Assembly: GCA_027490055.1 (NCBI GenBank)
Contig: JAIXYV010000106.1
Location: 30,802-94,801, forward strand
Length of the DNA stretch: 64,000 bases
From: Bacteroidota bacterium
Lineage (GTDB): Bacteria; Bacteroidota; Bacteroidia; NS11-12g; UBA955
Reading direction: 5' to 3'
Part shown: positions 31,401-40,600 of the stretch, piece after piece
Layout: each line of letters starts with the position of its first letter
Position numbering within the stretch: the stretch's first letter is position 1
Position numbers and translations under genes: made by a program
The notes under the pieces: generated by a model
The model's database searches: none
Seen by the model: only the letters and a program-made list of their open reading frames with translations
What the model was told of the DNA's origin: nothing

Positions 31401-32596
31401 CATACGTTGATCCAGGTGCAACTGCAACTGATAACAAAGCGCCATTCAATTTGAATTCTTCAATTGTTACTACTGGTACAGTTGATACAAGAACAATTGG
31501 CAACTATGTAATCACTTACTATGTGCAAGACGTAGCTGGTAACTCTGTAACAAAAACAAGAAACGTTTGTGTTGAAGATACCAAAGCTCCAATGGTAGAA
31601 GTTCTAGGTGATACTTCAATTCAGATCGGAAGTGTTTGGATTGATCAGACATCTGCAACTGATGCCTATGATTTGACTCCAACTCTTAACAAAACATGGT
31701 GGACAGTACCAGTTAATACTTTAATAAGAGCTACATACAGCGTAACTTATGAAGCAGTTGACGGTTCAGGTAATATTTCGAATCCAGCTACTGTAAGACA
31801 TTACAGAGTTGATGACTTCATTCCTCCTGTTATTAGTTTAAACACATTTGATATAGTTCAGCATGAGGTAAGAACGCCTTACAACTCTATTGCTGCAACT
31901 GTTTCTGATAACTACTATAGCTCAGGTCAGGTTTCAATCATCAGAAAATCAAGCAATGTTAATTACAATGTTTTAGGCACATATACCGAAGTATTCGAAG
32001 CTATCGATGGATCAGGTAACATTTCAACTAAAACCAGAACAGTTAAAGTGGTAGATACAAAATCTCCTACACTTTGGGGTCAGGTTATCCATGGTTGCGT
32101 TGGTGAAAACATCTGGCCAATGTGGGGTCTGTCAACTACTGACAACTACTACAGTCCAAGTCAGTTATTACCATTAGTAGAAGTGGTTAGTCAAAACGTA
32201 AACATTTGGGAAGAAGGTATCTACTCTATCACTTACAGAGTAACCGACCCAAGTGGTAATACATCTGAAGAGTTCACCAGATTGGCGTACTTCACTTACT
32301 GGCCAAAATGTTACAACAGTACAGTATCAGTTGATGATCTGAAATCTGTTGAAGAGAAAGTAAGCGTATACCCTAACCCAAGTAACGGTATCGTAAACAT
32401 CGACCTGCAAGGTGCATTAGCGCAAACTGCAACCCTTGAAGTTTACAATGCAATGGGTCAGCTGGTAGCAAGCAAAAACTACAGCGAAGTAAGCGGTAAA
32501 TTTGATGTAGACTTAAGAGGTAATGCAGCTGGTGTTTACACTATCAAGTTAATTGCTAACGGCGAAGTAGTAACTAAACGCGTAGTGCTTCAGTAA
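28481..32596 (+). CDS. T9SS cargo protein, paralog B (~1372 aa from MNKFTNYY; the ORF-track start at 28448 is probably spurious): same architecture as paralog A with a divergent N-terminal module
   Basis: The signal peptide is FVLALFLLLGVSTASAQ. From ~aa 200 onward it aligns with paralog A at ~85-90% identity. The C-terminal sorting domain is near-identical to A. Confidence 0.85.
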   Translation: MNKFTNYYNEKMGFARYFVLALFLLLGVSTASAQYCASNATSTADEDIASVYLKGNTVTLNNVSAAPTCQTYTDWTALTPVDLSAGRQYSIVITESTCNGHYTYACNAWIDYNKNNTFESGEAVAPTSQSKNGANAVFTYTWTVPCNITPGNTRMRVVMIEGAVSNPSSACGTYTWGETEDYTVNLQLPTSVNANFIAPSSAWVKAVVKFINQNPTGYISHSWNANNDATIEAPNSVNFNYTWTTPGNKCVKLKSTNCLGSDSIVKCLNVVAPTAVPVADFVADRVTIEQYGSMRLYDLSSNGPWDWTWDVYDSTTYASSGFYPSLATGELYSDPWGNGNNEFSQNPEFAFDYPGCYTIVLTSKNDVGPSVTKRKVCYITVTLPTQYNLGYGTYGPNNDNVVGSSAGTIFDDGGPGLNYGNNQGLGSRSFLQITPCNAKKITLKMTTLKFKDAGDKLRVWDGKTPGGPGTTLLATWTMGSKAPAAVVATSGSMYLLFEADAAGVDSGYAGSYTSELGPATVPVPAFSPNSVPSYNSTPIFFTNTTQNIVGVPTWEWTIDGAQVNNNTGKDFRYTFYTDGQYEVCAEIKSCVGNNKTCKTIDVITPNQQTMLDFTASSRRPNINVDIVSLIPSSDNANRFEWTIFPTSYTLMNPPASPSTYGTGFVKYNATPGDSIPKPRLKFNSPGCYTITLKAYNSLDPTNTTKTVVKNKFICALDYCLPASYILSTDVGINRVRVVDGTNDLINNYTTSGDVSYTDYSSTVKANLTYGKSYTIEVSRTGNVDPANRKAWIDWNIDGDFDDAGEQILTESSSYNQVYSTTFTVPALSASFEGSTRLRVATNYNNENTTACGPITAGEYEDYGIVLANDNMPPVITLLGSDTVRIEVGSNYTDAGATAYDASEGNISSSLVMTTDLDAAVTGLYTVEYNVTDKSGNRAVPAIRTIIVVNDLTKPILTLNPGTSGCIEARRDNLPYVDPGATATDNKAPFNLNSSIVTTGTVDTRTIGNYVITYYVQDVAGNSVTKTRNVCVEDTKAPMVEVLGDTSIQIGSVWIDQTSATDAYDLTPTLNKTWWTVPVNTLIRATYSVTYEAVDGSGNISNPATVRHYRVDDFIPPVISLNTFDIVQHEVRTPYNSIAATVSDNYYSSGQVSIIRKSSNVNYNVLGTYTEVFEAIDGSGNISTKTRTVKVVDTKSPTLWGQVIHGCVGENIWPMWGLSTTDNYYSPSQLLPLVEVVSQNVNIWEEGIYSITYRVTDPSGNTSEEFTRLAYFTYWPKCYNSTVSVDDLKSVEEKVSVYPNPSNGIVNIDLQGALAQTATLEVYNAMGQLVASKNYSEVSGKFDVDLRGNAAGVYTIKLIANGEVVTKRVVLQ

Positions 32597-32616
32597 TTAA
32601 TCTAATTTTATAATAG

Positions 32617-32648
32617 AAAAGCACCGGTTAAACGCCGGTGCTTTTTTT
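32617..32648 (+). terminator. Rho-independent terminator after paralog B
   Basis: In aaaagcaccgg-ttaaacg-ccggtgcttttttt the stem is 7-11 bp with a 7-nt loop and a T7 run. Confidence 0.75.
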
Positions 32649-32852
32649 ATGGAATCAATTTTTAACATGACATCGTTATCTCATGAATTGAAATAGATAT
32701 AAATATTAGTTTAAGCGCGGCATTCTTTGAAATCAGAGATTATCTCATGAATCCAAATTCAATAGTTTAAAGCCCATTAGACGACTTTAAATTATCAATC
32801 ATAGAAATTGTGGCAACACTACTTTAAATCGCCGCAAATCGCCAGAAAAACC

Positions 32853-33254
32853 TTAATCCAGGTCATCTATAATATCTGTTGGTTCATCAGAAGACCGGTA
32901 ACCATAAATACTAATAACCGTAGAATAGATAGCCATTACACCAATGCCTGCGGCTAATGCGATATTACCCAAAGGCCAATGCATAATTTTAAGAATAGCA
33001 CCTAGAACAATAGTAAAGCTTGCCAAAGGGCGAAGAATGTATATTAACTTCTTAACGGAATTGCTTAATCTATCTGATTTTAGTTTTTCAGATTCATTAA
33101 AAAATATTGACAATAAAAACCAAAGCAACAAGAAAGCACTGGGCAAAAGTCTGTATACCATTCCCAAAAAATAATTGCCATTATAATCCCATACCTGTTG
33201 TAAAGCAATCAGGAAGAATGCCAACCACAAAAGAATGGTTCTGAAATGTGTCAT
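32853..33254 (-). CDS. Hypothetical 4-TM membrane protein (133 aa), 3 nt downstream of glyA
   Basis: Four hydrophobic helices are visible, with no recognisable motif. Confidence 0.45.
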   Translation of the reverse strand: MTHFRTILLWLAFFLIALQQVWDYNGNYFLGMVYRLLPSAFLLLWFLLSIFFNESEKLKSDRLSNSVKKLIYILRPLASFTIVLGAILKIMHWPLGNIALAAGIGVMAIYSTVISIYGYRSSDEPTDIIDDLD

Positions 33255-33257
33255 AGA

Positions 33258-34541
33258 TTAACTGTATAACGGAAAACGCTTCATCAGAGTATTAACCTGT
33301 GTGCGAATTTCCATTAATTTAGCATCATCTGAATGGTTCATCAAAGCCTGGTCTATTAGTTCGGCGATGGTTTCCATATCTGATTCTTTCATGCCGCGTG
33401 TAGTAACGGCAGGTGTTCCTAATCTGATACCAGAGGTAACGAAAGGAGAACGAGTTTCGAAAGGCACAGTATTTTTGTTGATAGTGATATCACATTTAAC
33501 CAGTGTATTTTCGGCCAATTTACCAGTGATAGTGTCACCTTTAGGGCGAAGATCGATGAGCATTAAATGATTATCGGTACCACCAGAAATAATTTTATAA
33601 CCTCTTTTAACCATTGCTTCGGCCAAAGCAGCAGCGTTAGCTTTTACTTGCTGCATATAGGTTTTATATTCAGGAGCTAATGCTTCACCAAAAGCAATCG
33701 CTTTAGCTGCGATAACATGTTCTAATGGTCCGCCTTGAGTACCCGGAAAAACAGCACCGTCCAGAACAGCACTCATCATTTTAGGCTCACCTTTTGGTGT
33801 TTTCAGTCCCCAAGGGTTCTCAAAATCTTTACCCATCATGATAATACCACCTCTTGGCCCTCTTAAAGTTTTATGAGTAGTAGAGGTAACAATATGACAA
33901 TGCGGCATAGGGTTGTTTAGTAAGCCAGCAGCTATTAATCCTGCGGGGTGAGAAATATCGGCAAGTAGTAGAGCCCCAACGCTGTCGGCTATTTCTCTTA
34001 GTTTTTTATAATCCCAGTCTCTACTGTAAGAAGAGGCACCACAAATAATTAATTTTGGATTTTCTCTTTTAGCTATTTCTTCAATTTTATTGAAATCGAT
34101 GCGCCCATCAGTTTCTTCAACACCGTAAAAACTTGGAACATATAATTTTCCAGAGAAGTTAACGGGAGATCCGTGGGTTAAATGACCACCGTGACTGAGA
34201 TCAAAGCCTAGAATTTTATCTCCAGGATTTAGGCAAGCCAGCATTACAGCAGCATTTGCTTGGGCACCGCTATGAGGCTGTACATTGGCCCATTCTGCGC
34301 CAAAAAGTTGCTTTAATCTATCAATAGCAAGTTGTTCAACCTGATCGACAATCTCGCAACCACCATAATATCTTTTACCTGGCAGACCCTCGGCATATTT
34401 GTTTGTAAGAACAGAGCCCATGGCTTCCATTACCTGTTTAGAAACAAAATTTTCAGAGGCAATTAATTCAATGCCATGTTCCTGACGGTTTAATTCTTTT
34501 TGAATTAAATCAAATACAATAGTATCTCTTTGTGCGTTCAT
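33258..34541 (-). CDS. glyA: Serine hydroxymethyltransferase
   Basis: Recognisable segments include ...[11 protein letters not shown]...[12 protein letters not shown]..., the PLP-binding [14 protein letters not shown], and ...[14 protein letters not shown]. The start is chosen at MNAQRDT. Confidence 0.93.
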   Translation of the reverse strand: MNAQRDTIVFDLIQKELNRQEHGIELIASENFVSKQVMEAMGSVLTNKYAEGLPGKRYYGGCEIVDQVEQLAIDRLKQLFGAEWANVQPHSGAQANAAVMLACLNPGDKILGFDLSHGGHLTHGSPVNFSGKLYVPSFYGVEETDGRIDFNKIEEIAKRENPKLIICGASSYSRDWDYKKLREIADSVGALLLADISHPAGLIAAGLLNNPMPHCHIVTSTTHKTLRGPRGGIIMMGKDFENPWGLKTPKGEPKMMSAVLDGAVFPGTQGGPLEHVIAAKAIAFGEALAPEYKTYMQQVKANAAALAEAMVKRGYKIISGGTDNHLMLIDLRPKGDTITGKLAENTLVKCDITINKNTVPFETRSPFVTSGIRLGTPAVTTRGMKESDMETIAELIDQALMNHSDDAKLMEIRTQVNTLMKRFPLYS

Positions 34542-34607
34542 TATTAAGGGCAAAGATATTTAAACTTTTTAAATTCTTATTTTTTTGTAAAAATTCATTT
34601 AGATTAA

Positions 34608-34615
34608 TATATTTG
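34608..34615 (+). promoter_or_regulatory. -7 box TATATTTG, 5 nt upstream of the TTG start of the 2420-aa gene
   Basis: The sequence matches TAnnTTTG. Confidence 0.4.
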
Positions 34616-34620
34616 TTGTC

Positions 34621-37600
34621 TTGAAGAAAAAGTACTTTTCAAAAAACACTTTTTTTCTATTTTGTTCTTTGTTTATGGCATTGATTATCAATGCTCAGGG
34701 GAATAGATTGTCTTTTGTGGTTACCGGACCGAAGAATCTTTCCATCTGCGGGGTTAATGATTCAGCCTTTGTTGAAGCCTACAATATCTCGTCAGGACCA
34801 GTTAACAACATTACAATTAAACTAATTTTACCATCAGGCATCAATTATGTCAAAGGTTCTTTCTTTGGCACTGGTATTAGCGAAGCCAATGTTACAAATC
34901 TCAATCAACCTATTTTTAATGTTCCCAATTTATTATTAGCTAAGAATACAAAATTCAGGGTATTGCTAACGGCAGATTGCAACTTACTTACCTTTCTAAA
35001 TAACAGCAGTACGCCAACAGTAAGTTTGCGGGCAGATTATACGGGTAATTTTGATGTTGGCAGTTCAATACCGTATTCTGTAAGGGTGCCATCTGTGCAA
35101 TACGGCACTGTAACGAACCTATCATATACAGGTGATGTAGCTACCAAATTCACAAGAAGTATCACCATTGGAAATTATGGCAAAGGACCATTACGAGAGA
35201 TAAAACTTACCAGATATAATGGAAAGGATATTCAAACATTCTTTGTTAACAAAGGGAATACCGTATACAAGGGAGATACAGTAATAACCACATTTAACAC
35301 CAATCATTTCAAAACGGTAGGCAATCTTGACACATTTCTTGATCAGAATGAAACAATCACATTTACAGATTCCAATTTAATTAAAGCCTGTAAATTACTT
35401 AATACTAATTTCGAATTAAGTTGGGGTTGTGGTGGAAAATCCTGCCAGGTTAGTAAGTTATCAGGCTCTGCTTTAATCAGCAATAAAACACCAACATTAA
35501 AGGCAATTCCCTTGCCTGTTTATCCAACATGTTATAACAACAATACGTTTAAATCCGAAGTCCGTTTTGTGAATATCGGTAATATGCCTGCGATAGCTCC
35601 CCGACTTGCAATATCCTCCAACTATTACTATATGTTCTCGAGTTTTGATACTGGATCGATACGCATGAAAGTTGGTTTTAAGGGTACCTGGTACAAACCA
35701 ATCAAGGACAGCACAACGGGTTCATATAACTTAGGTTATTATGGCTGTATCGGTTTATATCCGATTGGATTATTCAGAGTTAAATGTCCGGATTTAAAAC
35801 CGAATGATACGGTCTATCTGACATGGAATACCATATCGTGTACACCACCCCCTTGTAGCAACGCCAGTATGGTGGTCAATAGCTGGGCTTATTATGCCGA
35901 TTTTAAAGATCAGTGTAAGAATCTGAAAACAGTTCCATGGGCCTGGGGAAAGGTTTACGACCAGCACTATTTTACGGGTTCTACTTTTAGTCCGACCGAC
36001 CTTATAGCCAATCAAACCGGCGAGTTCAGAACTTATATCAATTCAGCAAGTCTGTTAAATCGCAATTCATCTGCCTCCTACATAGTAGATATCATTTTAC
36101 CGAAGGGTCTCACTCACAGCAAGCAAAAGAAAGATTTCTATTTTATCAATTCAGATTTAACTGCCAACTGGAATCCAGACAGTATTGTTCAGAAAGGCGA
36201 TACTGTGAGGGCCTATTTTCCGCATCCTGTTCCAATCAATTTAACAGGTGCAGAATTGGTATATTATTTAAAAGCCGATTGTTCTAAGAGTGGTGCCAAT
36301 GGCAACCAAAACATTACTACTCAAATACGCTATATACCAGATAGAACCTGTGGAAGTAAAGAATGGATATTTTTGTATTGCCAGACACAGCAAATAAAAA
36401 TACATTGTATCAGTAATTGTGCTGGCGGTATGAAGTTCAGAAATTTTAAAGTACAAAGGATAAGTTTCGGAAGACCAGACAATGACAATGATGGAAAACC
36501 TGACGCCAGTGGTAGTTTAGATACATTAAGAGTAAGGGAAGAACGTTGCATTTATGGAGACACCATCCAGGCAGAGTATTTCGGAATAGTTAAACGGACT
36601 AGCTCGATAATTACCTGGAGAAATGCTTATATTGAAAGTACAATAACCAATGGCAGGAATCTTGACGTGGCGGGCATTCAATTATTGGTTTGGCGTCGTG
36701 GCGTAACCTTGTCTCTCAATTGTAATCAGATTAAAAGCTGGAAGACAGTGAGTGGTACAACCGCTACATTTAAAATTGATATCAGCACAGATTCAATGCC
36801 TAATTGTGTGTCTTCAGGATTTAGGTACAGCAATGATGATAGTGTGGTAGTGAAAGTAAAGTACAGGGTCAACGGTAATCTTGGTGCTACCATTCAGAAT
36901 TTAAATTTCAGCAATAGGTTTTATACCAGCAATGTCAATAATCCGACCAGCAATACCAACAAGTTTCAATGTGATACTTTTTCTGGCCAGATGATACTGG
37001 CAGGGTATTTTTTCACTACCTGTTGCAGTGATAATTATCAATTAAATTCGTGCGGTACTGTTAGCGTCAATAATTATTTTTATCTTGGTTTAGGCGGAAA
37101 CAGTTATGGCGGCAATAACTATTTTCCATATGAGTATCGAAATTTTGCAAAATTACGATCCATAAGATTTTATATGCCTGCCGGCATGAAAATGAAAAAC
37201 GCCTATATTGGCCAGTACCGTACAAGTGGTTCTAACAGGACCACATTAGAGACAAAAGATTCGTTGCGACCATTGAACATCAATGCGAATCCGATGGTCT
37301 TTGAAGTAGGCAAATTTTTCAAGGATTCGACAGGAGGTGTTATTAATCTGAGTGATGATGGTTTCCATGGCTATTTTGTAGCACAGATGGATCCTACATG
37401 CGAGATTCAGACTGGTGATCCTAACCTTATTAAATACGATTTTGTTTTTGAGCGCAAAGGCATATTTGGTAATACTTTAGATACGATAAGTTCAGGATTT
37501 ACAGACAAACTGATTTACAACAAACCTGTCTTTACTGTTAAACCCGTATCACCAACAATTTATGCGGCACAGGATACTGCAGAGTGGGAATTAGTATTCA

Positions 37601-40600
37601 CAAATTATTCTGCCAGTTTCAGTAATACCAACTCTTGGTTTGCGCCCGATAACAGTGGAGCTATTAAAGTGGTTCAGATCAGAGATGGCGGAACAAAAGA
37701 CACCTTGATGCCTTCAAAAAATGGGGTTTATAAGTTAGGAACAATACCTTTTAACACCACCCGAAAATTTAAAGTTAGGGCCATTTATAATTCTTGTAAG
37801 AAGGACAGTGTAATCTTGTATGCTGGCTGGAATTGCGCAGGCTATCCGAATGATTTAGCCAGTTATCCTTGCGTAAAAGAGCGAATACCATTGTATCTTG
37901 AACCACAGAACACACAGTATCAGGTGACATTAACAGATTCTGTCAGAGTGGCTGATTTATGTGCCTCTACACCCTACACCATGACCATAGAGAATATTGG
38001 TGCTACAGCGGGTTATTCTACAAAAGCCATCATTAATTTACCTATTGGAATGACAGTGGATCCTGGCTCCTGTTATATCCGTTATCCGCATAAGAATGCT
38101 AAGTCATCTTTATCTAATCCAGTATTAAAAAGTGGTACCACCTATGAGTGGAACTTATCTGGATTAAATACCACTATAGCCAATGGTTTTAAAGGGGTAA
38201 GCGATACTAATAAAAACAAAATAATCATCTATTTCAGAGTAAAAACTTCTTGTGATTATTCGAGTGGAAATTATATTCGAGCAAGTGCTTCCGGCAATAT
38301 AAAATGTGGCGATCCAATCATGGTTTATCCAGCCATTAGCAATCCATTAAACATTAAAGGTGTAACACGTCCATATTATACCTTACTGAAGGTTGAATCT
38401 GACTCTATTTTTCCTTGTGAAAAGCCAAGTAAAGTTCGAGTAAAAATTATTAATCTTGGTCCGGGTAAAACAGGCTCTGAAGACAAGTATCAAGCTATAT
38501 TGGTTCCAGGATTAAGCTACAACAGTAGTATGTATACAGCAAGCTATAACGCGCCTGTAGACAGTTTAACCACTACCAGAAACATTAACGGTGCAACAGA
38601 AGTAGAATTTAGTTTAAGAGATAGCATACAGCCTGGTGACAGTATGTATTTTGATTTCGGATTTAATAGCGATGGCAGATTTTTGAATTGCGGGACAGTT
38701 GACTTATACAGTCAGGCAGCAGTTAAACAAGAGGTAACTTGTGTATCCAATAATTCGAAGTGTAAAATCAATGTTGTTACCGGTAATAATTTACTGAAGC
38801 CGACTGTAGTAAAAGGGTCAGTTGGCTTTTCTGGTTTAAAAACTAAAATATTAAGTACAGCAAACGATTCAGAAATCCTATCGATGCAATACCGCATCAC
38901 GAATACCAGTTTCAGAATTGCATCGCCCAATACTATAGTTTATAAACTGGTCTATGATAAAAACAGTTCGGGTACAGTCAATTCTGGTGATATCGTTGCC
39001 TTTACAGATACGATTAAAACAGGCTTAGGTAAAAACAACTTTACAGATATTACTAAAACGATTAAAGTAAAAGCAGGACAGTCGTGTGCCCTATTTATTG
39101 CCTTAGATTCTGCCAGTTGCAGTTGTGGCTTTGCTTATGCAAAATTTCCGGTTCCGGGATTGCAGAATGCTGGCATAGATCAATCACTTTGTAGCGGTGA
39201 TACAATCAAGCTAGGTGTTACCAAAGTAAACGGTTACCGATATCTTTGGACCCCAGGAAGTGAGTTTATTTCTGATACAGTAGCTCAGCCAGTTGCTGTG
39301 ATGGAGAACACAGATAGTGCAGGAATTTTTAAGAATTATATTCTTACAACCTATAGAGGATTCTGCAATAGTAAAGACACTGTAAAAGTGGAGATTTATA
39401 AGTTACCAGCATTAAGATTACTGCAAAAAGACACATCAATTTGTGATGGAAATCAGGTTGTTTTAAAAGCAGTTTCTAAAGGAGGAACAGGTTTGCATAC
39501 CATCAAATGGAGTCCTGCTAAAACAGTGAAAGACAGCACAAAATTTACCACTTCCACCAAACCTTTAAAGACGCAAACGTATGTTGCCAGCATTGTAGAC
39601 GCTAAGCAATGCAAAGCAAAGGACAGTATGCGCATAGTGGTTTATCAGAATCCAATAGCAAAATTCACTTATCCTGAAACTTGTTTAAATTTACCATTGT
39701 TGTTAAGTGATAGCAGCAAAGTTAGTGGAGATACTATCAGTCTGCGAAAGTGGAACTTTAATGGTATTGATACCACGCAGATTAAAGACTGGTTGATAGA
39801 TTTACAAGGTAATTCAGATGCTTTAGTTTCCTTAACTATCAGAAGTGGATTTGGCTGTGAAGATACGATCGTTAAAACAGTGTATTTGAATCCATATGTT
39901 GTTGCAGATTTTTCGACCAAAGATGTATGTTTTGGAGACTCTGTAAAATTTGTCAATCTTAGCACACTATCAAAAGGCGTAATACAATCTAATATTTGGG
40001 ATTTCGGCGATGCTATAACCAGCGTAAAGACTCAAACCAAACATTTATACAATGCTGCAGACACTTATCAGGTAAAGCTTATCTCAATTAGTGATAAAAA
40101 TTGCAACGATACCATTGCAAAATCTGTAATTGTTTATCCGCGACCATCAACAGCATTTAGTATAAGTAATGTATGTCTTAAGGACAGTATTCATGCTTTT
40201 AATAGCTCAACAATTGTAAATGATTCTATTACCAGTCAGTGGTGGTATATTAATAAGGATACGATAAGTCAACAGCATTTAACATATTTATTGAGCTATG
40301 ATACATCGTATATTTTAACATTAAAGACATCAACAGCATTTGGCTGCAGAGACAGTTTAAGTAAATCAGTAGAGGTATACACAAATCCTAAAGCGCTATT
40401 TAATGTTAATCCTGTTTGTGAAGGCAAGAAGAGCACTGTTATCAGTAGTTCAAGCATTAGAAAAGGTGCTATTTCGTCCTACAATTATGCAGTTAGTGAT
40501 GGCAATAGTTTTACCAATCAGAATTTTGTCCATCAATTTGCCAAAGGCGATACTTTTGATATTAGATTAATTGTTACTTCTTCTAACAATTGCAGAGATA

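Larger units (their letters stand above)
24570..32596 (+). repeat. Tandem gene duplication: ~3.6 kb of paralog A (about 24570..28139) is repeated in paralog B (about 29010..32596), and the terminator architecture is also duplicated
   Basis: Direct comparison of the two ORFs shows nucleotide identity of ~85-90% over most of the length. Identity rises to ~97% over the last ~300 nt, with exact runs of more than 60 nt. Confidence 0.8.

Noticed and set aside
26606-31503. Antisense ORFs 26606..27046 and 31174..31503 (MPIVLVSTEPEVTIE... / MPIVLVSTVPVVTIE...), which look 'conserved' between two places
   Set aside because: They lie antisense inside the duplicated T9SS paralogs, so their similarity simply reflects the gene duplication. 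The composition follows the sense-strand Ig-like repeats.
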